From Oscillospiraceae bacterium (lineage in GTDB: Bacteria > Bacillota > Clostridia > Oscillospirales > Ruminococcaceae): DNA of 60,480 nt. The translations under genes and the position numbers were made by a program. The stretch covers positions 1 to 60,480 of the forward strand of contig JAZTXW010000048.1 of the NCBI GenBank assembly GCA_045636625.1, given 5' to 3'. Shown here one piece after another: positions 27,204 to 34,983 of the stretch. Every line of letters begins with the position of its first letter. Positions within the stretch are counted from its first letter, which is position 1. Under the pieces are notes generated by a model. That model made no database searches. It was not told the DNA's origin and worked only from the letters and a program-made list of their open reading frames with translations.

Positions 27204-28457
27204 TCAGCGTTTTTTGCGAAAAGCGGTTTCAGCCTTTTTGTGATCGTTTTTTCTGTTCTGTCTTGTTTTATCAAAACCTCTTTTTTCAAAAGATTTTTTA
27301 TCAGAAGCTTTGCTTTCCTTACGAACAAGAAGCACCACCGTTTCACAATGGTCCGTAAACGGGAACATATCTACCGGCTGGATCTTTTTTACCTCATAAC
27401 CGTTTTTGGTTATAAATTCAAGGTCCCTTGAAAGTGTTGCGGGGTTGCAGGAAACATAGACAAGTTTTTTCGGAGAAAGGGTTTTGACCGCGGTCAAAAA
27501 TTCTTCGGTGCTTCCGGCTCTTGGCGGATCCATAAAAACAACGTCCGCCTTTTCACCTTCCGCTGCAAGTTTTACCATAAAATCTCCTGCGTCGCCTTTA
27601 TAAAATTCGATGTTTTCGATTTTATTTTCTTTCGCGTTCATTCTTGCGTCACGAACCGCATTTCCATTAAGTTCGACACCGATTACGTTTTTTGCATGTT
27701 TTGCCGCAACCATTCCTATGGTACCGATTCCGCAATATGCATCGATTACTTTTTCTTTTCCGGTAAGTCCCGCAAATTCGATTGCCTTATTATAAAGCAC
27801 CTCGGTCTGGAGCGGGTTTATCTGGTAAAAAGAGCTTGGAGAAATTCTGAAACGGCATCCGCAGAGTTCATCCGTAATAAAGCCTTTTCCGTAAGAAATT
27901 TTTTCTCTTTCACCGAGCACCATGCTTGTTTTTCTGTCGTTTATATTTACGACAACGGTCGAAATTTCCGGATGCAGCTTTATAAGTTCTTTAACAAAGT
28001 TGTTTCCGGAGGGGAAAATGTGGGTTCCAAGAACAAGAACCACCATGATTTCTCCGGTTTTTATTCCGCGGCGGACAAGAACATGGCGAAGAAGGCCTTT
28101 TCCCGTATCCTCGTTAAAAGGTTCCATTTTAAAACCTTTCAGAAGATTTTTTACCGTTCTGATTATCTCCTGGCATTTTTCGTCTTCAATAAGACATTTA
28201 TCCACCTGAACGATATAATGGGTTCCTTCGGAATATGTTCCGCAGATTATATTGCCTTTTTTGTCCTTTCCGAAAGCGGCAGTAACCTTGTTGCGATAAA
28301 AACACGGATATCTCATTCCGAGTATTCTGTCAACTTTTCCGAATCTTCCAAGGAGTTCTTCCTCATTTTTCTGTTTTATCTCAAGCTGTTCCGGATAAGG
28401 CACGCCCGTATAGCGGCAGCCACCGCATTTTTTTGCAACAACGCATACGCTTGGCAT
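27204..28457 (-). CDS. TrmA/RumA-family RNA (uracil-5-)-methyltransferase without TRAM domain, with K/R-rich C-terminal tail
   Basis: N-terminal Fe-S Cys cluster (CGGCRY). SAM motif DAYCGIGTIG. VVFMDPPRAG, and catalytic-Cys region YVSCNPATL. Confidence 0.85.
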   Translation of the reverse strand: MPSVCVVAKKCGGCRYTGVPYPEQLEIKQKNEEELLGRFGKVDRILGMRYPCFYRNKVTAAFGKDKKGNIICGTYSEGTHYIVQVDKCLIEDEKCQEIIRTVKNLLKGFKMEPFNEDTGKGLLRHVLVRRGIKTGEIMVVLVLGTHIFPSGNNFVKELIKLHPEISTVVVNINDRKTSMVLGEREKISYGKGFITDELCGCRFRISPSSFYQINPLQTEVLYNKAIEFAGLTGKEKVIDAYCGIGTIGMVAAKHAKNVIGVELNGNAVRDARMNAKENKIENIEFYKGDAGDFMVKLAAEGEKADVVFMDPPRAGSTEEFLTAVKTLSPKKLVYVSCNPATLSRDLEFITKNGYEVKKIQPVDMFPFTDHCETVVLLVRKESKASDKKSFEKRGFDKTRQNRKNDHKKAETAFRKKR

Positions 28458-28522
28458 AAAAAACACATCCTTTTATAGAATATTCCAATATAAATTATAG
28501 CATAGCAAAGATTTTTTTACAA

Positions 28523-28558
28523 CAAAAATGCGGCGGATAAAACCCGCCGCATTTTTTA
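28523..28558 (-). terminator. Intrinsic terminator after the CBS gene
   Basis: Hairpin AAATGCGGCGG-N7-CCGCCGCATTT followed by a T-run. Confidence 0.8.
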
Positions 28559-28564
28559 ATTTTT

Positions 28565-28969
28565 TTATTTTTCAAGTTCTTTCGCAAGACTTTCGATAAC
28601 GCCTTTACGGGTTATTATACCGCAGAAAACGCCTCTTCCGTCAACGATCGGAACAAAGTTCTGGTTGGAAACCGCAACGATCACGTCCTCCTGTTCCGCC
28701 GCAATCAAAAGCGAAGGGCAGAAATCTTTCCGAATGATATCTTTTATAAGATAACTTTCGTGTTCTTTCAATTCCGCACTTTTTATTTTCATTATGTGGC
28801 GAAGAAAGTCGCCTTCGGTGACCGTTCCCGCATAAATTCCGTTTTCATCAAGAACCGGAACCGCGGTATATCCATATCTGGTGAATTTTTCAAGTCCCTG
28901 GCGGACCGTGTTATTTTCAAGAAGGAAAGCTGTTGATATTTTAGGAATCATAATTTTTGCTATATTCAT
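28565..28969 (-). CDS. CBS domain pair protein
   Basis: 134 aa, two CBS repeats (VPVLDENGIYAGTVT and VPIVDGRGVFCGIIT). Confidence 0.85.
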   Translation of the reverse strand: MNIAKIMIPKISTAFLLENNTVRQGLEKFTRYGYTAVPVLDENGIYAGTVTEGDFLRHIMKIKSAELKEHESYLIKDIIRKDFCPSLLIAAEQEDVIVAVSNQNFVPIVDGRGVFCGIITRKGVIESLAKELEK

Positions 28970-29005
28970 CTTTTACCTCCTATCTGTTTAAAATCTTCCC
29001 CGGAT

Positions 29006-29800
29006 TCAGAACGAACCGCTTTTATGGGAAGAACCGCTGCTGTTGATAGTTGTGCCTCCGCTGCTGTTATTATCCTGCGGCGGGTTATAGATTCTGCGGA
29101 TATCTCTGTGGCTGAATCTGTCATACTGGTTTGTGATATTAAGCTGTTTTGCGTATTTATGCGCTTCTGTCGCTTTTCTTGCGGTTTTCATCTGTGCGCG
29201 GAAAATAAGACAGACAACGAAAGCGATGACACAGGAAACAGCTGCTGCAATAAGAATGCCAAGGAAGATTTCTCCTCCGTCATCAGAACCGACATCATAA
29301 GGTTCGCCGTTTACCGCAAGTTCAAAATATTCCTCACAGGTATCAAGATAGTCATTGAAACCGGAATACCAGGAATCATTCGCGAAATCGTCAAGGAATC
29401 TTTCAACCATAACGTCCTTGCCGTAATCGGTAAAAACAACGTTTCCGTAACCGTGAGCCATAAGATCATACTGTCTGTCATCCATTGCGAGGAGAAGGAT
29501 CACCGCGCTTTTTTCTTCACCGTAACCAAGAGAAAGTTCCGCATGAAGAAGATCGTTATATTCCGCTATTTCATATCCCTCGCAGTTATCTGTGATAAGC
29601 ATATAAACAGCGCAATTATATTTCTGGGTAAGATGCCATGCTCTTGTGTTAAGTTCGTCTTCTTCCTCGTCGGTAAGTATATCGGGATAATCCACAACCA
29701 TAAGGTCGAATTCAACTTCTCCGGCAGCAAATGACACGGTGCTCATTCCGAGCATAAGGATAATTGCAAAAACGATAGAAATTATTTTCTTAGTCATCAT
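29006..29800 (-). CDS. TPM-domain protein with signal peptide and C-terminal TM anchor (YdjH-like)
   Basis: 264 aa. Signal peptide, TPM-like start VVDYPDILTDEEEDELN, a late TM helix, and an S/G/N-rich tail. Confidence 0.65.
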   Translation of the reverse strand: MMTKKIISIVFAIILMLGMSTVSFAAGEVEFDLMVVDYPDILTDEEEDELNTRAWHLTQKYNCAVYMLITDNCEGYEIAEYNDLLHAELSLGYGEEKSAVILLLAMDDRQYDLMAHGYGNVVFTDYGKDVMVERFLDDFANDSWYSGFNDYLDTCEEYFELAVNGEPYDVGSDDGGEIFLGILIAAAVSCVIAFVVCLIFRAQMKTARKATEAHKYAKQLNITNQYDRFSHRDIRRIYNPPQDNNSSGGTTINSSGSSHKSGSF

Positions 29801-29812
29801 AACCGCCTCCTC

Positions 29813-30925
29813 TCACAAAAGAATCCAGATAAGACTGCCTATTATCGCAAGGGGCGCCGCAATTGCCGCAAAAAGTCCCCAGAATTTCTTTTTATCAACA
29901 GGAAGATCACCGATGAGCTTTCCGGTTTGTCCGTTCATTGCGAAAAGGAAGTTCTGTCCGTTCCATCTGGTGCTCAGCATCCAGACAGGCATAAGTGCAT
30001 ATTTTACGCCTTTGTTCTCAAATTTATAACTCTCCGCTTCGGTCGTAACCATGGAATAACCCCATACGGTATTTCTCATTTCGGTCTTTATACTGTTTTT
30101 TGCTCTTTCGGAAATTCTTGCCATACTGTTCTCCTGGCTTACGTCATATTTATCTGCAAGGAAACCCGGAAGATAAGCAGTAGAGAAAGGTTTAAGTTCG
30201 CTGTAATCAAAAGGCTCGATTGCGTCCATATGCGCATCCGGCATTTTTGTGGAAGCATCCACCGGAATCATTTCAAAATCAAGGTTGCCTTCACGAAGAA
30301 CGTTGTAATATGTGGTTTCGGTAACGTCATAATCCCCGTCGCGCCAGCATCTTACGTTTGCGCCTTTATACATTGCTCTTCCTTCCATTTTGCAGTCGCA
30401 AAGCCAGAAAGGAACATAAACTCCTTTAATTTCTTCAATGTGGTTACTGTTTTTGAAAGTTTTTGGAAGGAAAATCTTGCCTTTATAGTATTCTTTAAGG
30501 GCTGCAACAGCCTGATCTTTATTGAGTTTAAACGGAATTACAAGGTCGGGTTTAAGTCCGCCGGTGAACTGTCCGGGAATAACTGTCGGGTTTCCGCAAT
30601 AGGGACAGCTTGTTGCGGCGGTTGTGGAATCGCAGATAAGTTCCGCTCCGCAGGAAGGGCAACTGTATGCTTTCATCCCTTTTGCTTCTTCTTCGCTCCA
30701 TTCCATTCCCATGGCTTCGAACTCAGCTTTTTCCTGTTCCTTTTTTTCTTCGTTTATTTCAAAATTTTCTGCCGCTTTTGCTTCATCGTCAGCATAAAGT
30801 TTTTCAATTTCCTCTACGCTAAATTTGCTTCCGCAGTAATCGCATTCAAGCATTCCGCTTGCTCCGACGAAGTGCAAAGGTCCCGTACACGCCGGACATT
30901 TATGGTTTGTTATATCGATTGCCAT
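29813..30925 (-). CDS. Double zinc-ribbon protein with C-terminal TM anchor (YdjG-like)
   Basis: CPACTG..CDYCGS and CPSCGA..CPYCGN ribbons plus a terminal TM helix. Start at the ATG after GGGAGG. 13 nt upstream of the TPM gene. Confidence 0.55.
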   Translation of the reverse strand: MAIDITNHKCPACTGPLHFVGASGMLECDYCGSKFSVEEIEKLYADDEAKAAENFEINEEKKEQEKAEFEAMGMEWSEEEAKGMKAYSCPSCGAELICDSTTAATSCPYCGNPTVIPGQFTGGLKPDLVIPFKLNKDQAVAALKEYYKGKIFLPKTFKNSNHIEEIKGVYVPFWLCDCKMEGRAMYKGANVRCWRDGDYDVTETTYYNVLREGNLDFEMIPVDASTKMPDAHMDAIEPFDYSELKPFSTAYLPGFLADKYDVSQENSMARISERAKNSIKTEMRNTVWGYSMVTTEAESYKFENKGVKYALMPVWMLSTRWNGQNFLFAMNGQTGKLIGDLPVDKKKFWGLFAAIAAPLAIIGSLIWILL

Positions 30926-31073
30926 TATTACGCCTCCCTGCAAAATTCATAATGGGTCTTTAAAAAAGCTGAAAGCATTTCTGCTCTTTCTGTTTTAATA
31001 ATATCAAATAAAAGCTGCTTAATCTACTGTCTAATTATAAATTTTTTATATTTTTTTATTTTGAAAATATGCC

Positions 31074-31102
31074 TTGACAAAGCTTTTCTCTTTTAGTATA
31101 AT
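31074..31102 (+). promoter_or_regulatory. Consensus sigma-A promoter for tRNA-Pro
   Basis: TTGACA - 17 nt - TATAAT, ending 11 nt before the tRNA 5' end. Confidence 0.7.
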
Positions 31103-31113
31103 AATAAAGCTAT

Positions 31114-31189
31114 CGAGGTGTAGCGCAGGTGGTAGCGCGCCAGTTTCGGGTACTGGAAGCCGTGAGTTCGAGTCTCGCCACTTCGACCA
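31114..31189 (+). tRNA. tRNA-Pro (anticodon CGG), CCA encoded
   Basis: Acceptor CGAGGTG/CACTTCG (one G-U pair), D-arm GCGC/GCGC, anticodon stem CCAGT/ACTGG with loop TTCGGGT (G37), T-arm GTGAG-TTCGAGT-CTCGC, discriminator A, CCA. Confidence 0.9.
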
Positions 31190-31192
31190 GCT

Positions 31193-31227
31193 AAAAAGTC
31201 CAAGGCATTTGCCTTGGACTTTTTTTG
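31193..31227 (+). terminator. Intrinsic terminator after tRNA-Pro
   Basis: Hairpin AGTCCAAGGC-ATTT-GCCTTGGACT followed by TTTTTTT. Confidence 0.85.
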
Positions 31228-31351
31228 ATTTGTGAATAAAATCCACCTCAATTGACTTTCTTTTAATTTAGTGATACTATTTGTTCGTGGATAGCATATC
31301 TTATACCCATATTCTTCCACATTTTCATAATTTAAAAAGGAAGTGTCTGTT

Positions 31352-31939
31352 ATGAAAAAAATCATTACACTTTTATTATCTTTTGTTTTGATTTTTTCCT
31401 TATCCTCCTGCCAAAGTAATTCGAAAGAAGAATTACCCAATTATTCATTTCCATACCAAAACACAACTGAAAGAGAACCCGAAATAGTCGTTGCGAACAA
31501 TTTAGGGTATGCATTTAATCTCAATTTCGTTGAGATTACAATAGAATCAGCTGGTTATTCAAAATGTGTTTATGCAACCAATAACAACACTTGTTTCAAA
31601 GCCAGTGGAGACGAAAAGTTTTGGTATGTAACCGGTACATTAAAAAACACCGGAACAAAAGGGTATGATGCAAATGAAATCGTCGCCGAAATGTGTTTTA
31701 ATGATAAATATATATACTCTGCTTACGCAATAGTAGATAGCGGTGATACCATTACTAATAATTTTGTAGAACCGTTATGTACTGTGCGGTATTATATTTA
31801 TGCTTCAATTCCTGATGAAATGTTTAACATATTTAGTTCTTGCAAGGTCAAGTTTGGTTTCGAAGAAAACTTTAGTGATACCTTTTTTGTTGATTTTGAC
31901 GAATGTGATTATCTCTATGAAATCACAGTAAATAAATAA
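31352..31939 (+). CDS. Hypothetical lipoprotein (DUF4352-like beta-sandwich?), low-GC, atypical codon usage
   Basis: Lipobox MKKIITLLLSFVLIFSLSSC. ATG 8 nt after AAAGGAAG. Uses TTA/TCA/ATA codons that neighbouring genes avoid. Confidence 0.7.
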   Translation: MKKIITLLLSFVLIFSLSSCQSNSKEELPNYSFPYQNTTEREPEIVVANNLGYAFNLNFVEITIESAGYSKCVYATNNNTCFKASGDEKFWYVTGTLKNTGTKGYDANEIVAEMCFNDKYIYSAYAIVDSGDTITNNFVEPLCTVRYYIYASIPDEMFNIFSSCKVKFGFEENFSDTFFVDFDECDYLYEITVNK

Positions 31940-31949
31940 AATTTTATTT

Positions 31950-31990
31950 AAAAAAGACCAAGGCTTTTGCCTTGTTCTTTTTTCTTTTTT
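31950..31990. terminator. Terminator hairpin, near-copy of the tRNA-Pro terminator
   Basis: AGACCAAGGC-TTTT-GCCTTGTTCT with flanking A/T runs. The core CCAAGGC(A/T)TTTGCCTTG is shared with 31199-31216. Confidence 0.7.
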
Positions 31991-32441
31991 AATCCAAAAT
32001 ATATGTACACATAGTTCCAGATATGGAATCGGAATGTCTAATCACAAGATTCTGTCCGTTTTTAAAAGACAGACTGATTTTACCGATAGTTCCGTCTTCG
32101 TTTTCTTCAACGTTTATATCCCGAATAAAACTGTTGATAAGCTTTGAATCCGGGAAATAGATATAGTAAAATTCTTCCGAATCCGGTTCTTCACGGAAGA
32201 TCCCGCCCCTGATGTGACGAATAAAGAAATCTTTGTCATATACGTTCAAGGATAAACCGCTGTCGGAAAGATATACCATAACTATGGAATATCCGGAATA
32301 GATGAACAGCGGAGATTCGCAGGGCTGAGCATCACCGGCGTTATAAATTTCCTTCACATACATTTTTTCGGGATCGGAACAATTTTGTTTTATAAATTCC
32401 CTAAGTTCATTTGCGGTACTGAATCTGGTTTTAGCTGTCAT
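31989..32441 (-). CDS. Hypothetical protein (150 aa)
   Basis: Start at the ATG (MTAKTRF) 6 nt after AAAGGTGA and 17 nt after the VOC stop. I recognise no motif. Confidence 0.55.
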   Translation of the reverse strand: MTAKTRFSTANELREFIKQNCSDPEKMYVKEIYNAGDAQPCESPLFIYSGYSIVMVYLSDSGLSLNVYDKDFFIRHIRGGIFREEPDSEEFYYIYFPDSKLINSFIRDINVEENEDGTIGKISLSFKNGQNLVIRHSDSISGTMCTYILD

Positions 32442-32457
32442 AAAGTTCACCTTTAAA

Positions 32458-32835
32458 TCATTCATGTATTTCAAGAGGAAGTCCGTCAGGATCTTTAAAG
32501 AACGTTGCCCTTCCTCCCGTGAATTCATCCGTTCTTATCGGTTCGCAGGCTATGCCTTTCGCTGCAAGTTCTTTTACCGCAAGTTCGACATCGTCAACTT
32601 TGAACGCAAGATGGCGAAGTCCGTAGCTTTCGGGCGAAAGCCTTTCCGGATGACCTTTCATAATAAAAAGCTCGATTTCCGTTTCATCGTTTATTTTCAA
32701 ATCGATTTTCCAATCGTCCCTTTCCGGGCGGTAATTTTCACGGATAACCGTAAAGCCGAGCTTATTAACGTAAAAATCAAGCGCCGAATCCTTATCGGAG
32801 CAAATTATTGCTATATGGTGGATAATGTTCATCAA
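32458..32835 (-). CDS. VOC/glyoxalase-I family protein (YaeR-like)
   Basis: 125 aa. HHIAIICSD and GLRHLAFKVDD metal-ligand regions, and a DPDGLPLEIHE tail. Confidence 0.85.
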   Translation of the reverse strand: MMNIIHHIAIICSDKDSALDFYVNKLGFTVIRENYRPERDDWKIDLKINDETEIELFIMKGHPERLSPESYGLRHLAFKVDDVELAVKELAAKGIACEPIRTDEFTGGRATFFKDPDGLPLEIHE

Positions 32836-32911
32836 AAAGCGCTCCCTTCGGCGTTTATATTGATTTTATATTACCACAAAAACAAGGCGGGAGCAATCTC
32901 CCGCCTTGTTT

Positions 32912-33229
32912 TTATGCGTTCATTTTCCGTGTCGGTCTTTCACCGAATTTTCGTTCATAAGCTCTTGCAAAACCGCTTTGGGTTTCAAAACCGTATTTAA
33001 GCGCAACGTCAAGGGCGTGTTCCCCTTTTACAATATCGTTTTCCGCCAGTTCAAGGCGTTTTTCGCGGACATAGCTCATAAGGCTTTTTCCGGTTTTCTT
33101 TTTAAAAACCCTGCAGAAATGGAAAACCGAATATCCTACTGCAGAAGCTATTATTTCCGCCGTAAGTTCATCGGAAATATGCTCGTTTATATAAACTTTT
33201 GATTTTTCGATGCTTTCGGTATAATCCAT
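32912..33229 (-). CDS. Stand-alone AraC-type HTH regulator (MarA/SoxS-like, 105 aa)
   Basis: Two HTH units only (LTAEIIASAVGYSVFHFCRVFKKKTG and ALKYGFETQSGFARAYERKFG). RBS AAAGAGG. Confidence 0.8.
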   Translation of the reverse strand: MDYTESIEKSKVYINEHISDELTAEIIASAVGYSVFHFCRVFKKKTGKSLMSYVREKRLELAENDIVKGEHALDVALKYGFETQSGFARAYERKFGERPTRKMNA

Positions 33230-33334
33230 ATATAAAACCTCTTTTCGGTTTAAAATTCGGGAGGTCGGCGCAAAAGCAGGAGTGAGAGGAACTTTTACGC
33301 CGGCAAAAATGGAGATGACAGTTTAATTTTTATA

Positions 33335-33382
33335 TAAAAAAGCAAAAACGGACTTTTCTTTTCAGGAAAGTCCGTTTTTGCC
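33335..33382 (-). terminator. Second of two tandem intrinsic terminators downstream of the cobalamin riboswitch
   Basis: Minus strand reads AAAAACGGACTTT-loop-AAAGTCCGTTTTT, then GCTTTTTTAT. Confidence 0.7.
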
Positions 33383-33413
33383 AAAAAGGGCTGTCAGTTA
33401 CCTGACAGCCCTT
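33383..33413 (-). terminator. First terminator after the cobalamin riboswitch (candidate expression platform)
   Basis: Minus strand reads AGGGCTGTCAG-GTAA-CTGACAGCCCT, then TTTTTGG. Confidence 0.7.
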
Positions 33414-33439
33414 TCGATAATTCATTCATAATATTATAA

Positions 33440-33650
33440 CCGTGGACTCCCCTTAACCCGAGAAAAACGATCTTACGGAAATTATCCTGACTTATGCATC
33501 ATCCTCCGAAGGCGCCTTCCCATCGTTTCCGACAGTGGCATAATGCCTTCTTCGTCCGCAAATACAGTTGAGGTAACAGTAACGGATTCACACCGTTTTC
33601 CCTTTCGCAAAATTGCGAAAGCCGTTTATGGCAACCATAAGACCCACGTT
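33440..33650 (-). promoter_or_regulatory. Cobalamin (B12) riboswitch
   Basis: The minus strand contains the conserved core AGGGAAAACGGTGTGAATCCGTTACTG..CAACTGTA..GAAGGC..GCCACTG (B12 box, rc of 33533-33539)..GGGAAGGC. Confidence 0.88.
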
Positions 33651-33674
33651 ATTCACTTTTCAAACTGCAATCAT

Positions 33675-33703
33675 ATTTTATCATTGCTGTTTTTTATATT
33701 CAA
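33675..33703 (-). promoter_or_regulatory. Near-consensus sigma-A promoter driving the riboswitch
   Basis: Minus strand reads TTGAAT - 17 nt (ending TGA, extended -10) - TAAAAT. It sits between the cobO stop (33721) and the riboswitch. Confidence 0.65.
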
Positions 33704-33720
33704 GTCCGGATTTGCTGAAA

Positions 33721-34224
33721 TCAAAGTTCCGGAACATGTTTCGGCATTTTTTCGCTTTCAACAACCGTTACCATATCACAGAGTTTTTTAAGTTCTTCTG
33801 AAGCATAGCGTCCGGTAAAAACAAGTTCCGTTCCGGGAGATTTTACGGAAATAAGCTCTTCCACTTCCTTTACGGAAATAAGGTCAAAATACATCGGTAT
33901 TGTGATTTCATCAAGTACAACAAGACCGAAATTTGCGCTTTTAAGGGCCTGTTTTGCTCTTTCAAGACCTTTTTTTGCGCAGTCAATGTCCGTTTTATCC
34001 GGTTCTCTTCCGGCGATGCAGCCTGTTCCGCATCCGAACTGGGCGGTTACGATTCCGGGAATTGCTTTTCTGAGAGCCATGATGTCCCCTTTCGGGTCAT
34101 CCTTTATAAACTGTCCGACGAAGACGCGTCTTCCTTCGCCGAAAACTCTTATGGCAAGGCCAAGAGCCATTGTTGTTTTGCCTTTTCCGTCGCCGGTATA
34201 AAGTCTTACAATGCCTTTATTCAA
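33721..34224 (-). CDS. cobO: Cob(I)yrinic acid a,c-diamide adenosyltransferase (CobO/BtuR type)
   Basis: 167 aa. P-loop YTGDGKGKTT and FGLVVLDE, typical of CobA/CobO/BtuR ATP:corrinoid adenosyltransferases. Confidence 0.88.
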   Translation of the reverse strand: MNKGIVRLYTGDGKGKTTMALGLAIRVFGEGRRVFVGQFIKDDPKGDIMALRKAIPGIVTAQFGCGTGCIAGREPDKTDIDCAKKGLERAKQALKSANFGLVVLDEITIPMYFDLISVKEVEELISVKSPGTELVFTGRYASEELKKLCDMVTVVESEKMPKHVPEL

Positions 34225-34283
34225 AAAACGCGCCCCCTTTACAGATTTTTACAAAATAAATATACACCTTTAAAAAGAAAATA

Positions 34284-34979
34284 TCAAGGTTTTTTATAGA
34301 TAGGTTTAATAAGTTTTTCCGCCGCCTTAAGGAGCTTGAAATCCGCTTTTGCCATTTCAAGGTTATCGCCTTTGTTCATGCAGTTTCTGACCGCTTCGGC
34401 AACTTTCGGGAAGAATTCCTCTTTTTTTCCGTCAAAATCCACCACAAGGAAAAGATGCGGCGCAAGGTCGCTGTCCTTCTGTGCCCAAAGGATATATGCC
34501 GAATAGACATTTTCACAATTTTTGAAAAAGTCACAGAGCACGGCGGAAATTTTTTCAGGAATAAAAGAAGGTTTCATAAGGCGGAGATTGCCTTCCTGTT
34601 TCTCTGTGGCATTTCCTCCGTTGCGCTGGAAAATAAGAGATTTCCCATGCGGATTCATTACGATCCCGGCGATCTGTCCTTCGCTTCTTTTTACAATTTC
34701 GTCAATTTTTGAAAAAGGCATTATATTTACTTTATCTTTCGGAAGCGGGCTTTTTTCAAAAGCCACGAAAGTAGAAAAAATCGGAACCATCTTACCTTTT
34801 TCTTTTATATCAAGAAGCGGGATTGTGTTTACGTTGTCGCGGTACGGAACAAGAAAATTTGACGTTCCGGCCCTTCCGAAAAACTCCCGAAGAATTTCCG
34901 GGTCCGGCTTTTCGGCCATTTTATCCGCGACGGAATCTATATCAAGTCCGTTATCAAAATTTTTAATATCCATATCCAT
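34284..34979 (-). CDS. Hypothetical protein, possibly SseB family
   Basis: 231 aa. NFLVPY...IPLL...MVPIFS pattern resembles the SseB N-terminal domain. This is a weak call. Confidence 0.4.
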   Translation of the reverse strand: MDMDIKNFDNGLDIDSVADKMAEKPDPEILREFFGRAGTSNFLVPYRDNVNTIPLLDIKEKGKMVPIFSTFVAFEKSPLPKDKVNIMPFSKIDEIVKRSEGQIAGIVMNPHGKSLIFQRNGGNATEKQEGNLRLMKPSFIPEKISAVLCDFFKNCENVYSAYILWAQKDSDLAPHLFLVVDFDGKKEEFFPKVAEAVRNCMNKGDNLEMAKADFKLLKAAEKLIKPIYKKP

Positions 34980-34983
34980 TGCA

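Noticed and set aside
31046-31440. Minus-strand ORFs of 66 and 115 aa overlapping tRNA-Pro
   Set aside because: They run through a well-formed tRNA gene, its promoter and its terminator. They have no RBS and no motifs.
33394-33429. An 11-codon mini-ORF (MNELSKGLSGN) overlapping the first terminator after the B12 riboswitch, as a possible leader peptide
   Set aside because: The nearest Shine-Dalgarno-like sequence (AAGGGGAG) is about 17 nt upstream, which is too far. The peptide has no regulatory codon pattern. The hairpin plus U-run is sufficiently explained as the riboswitch expression platform.
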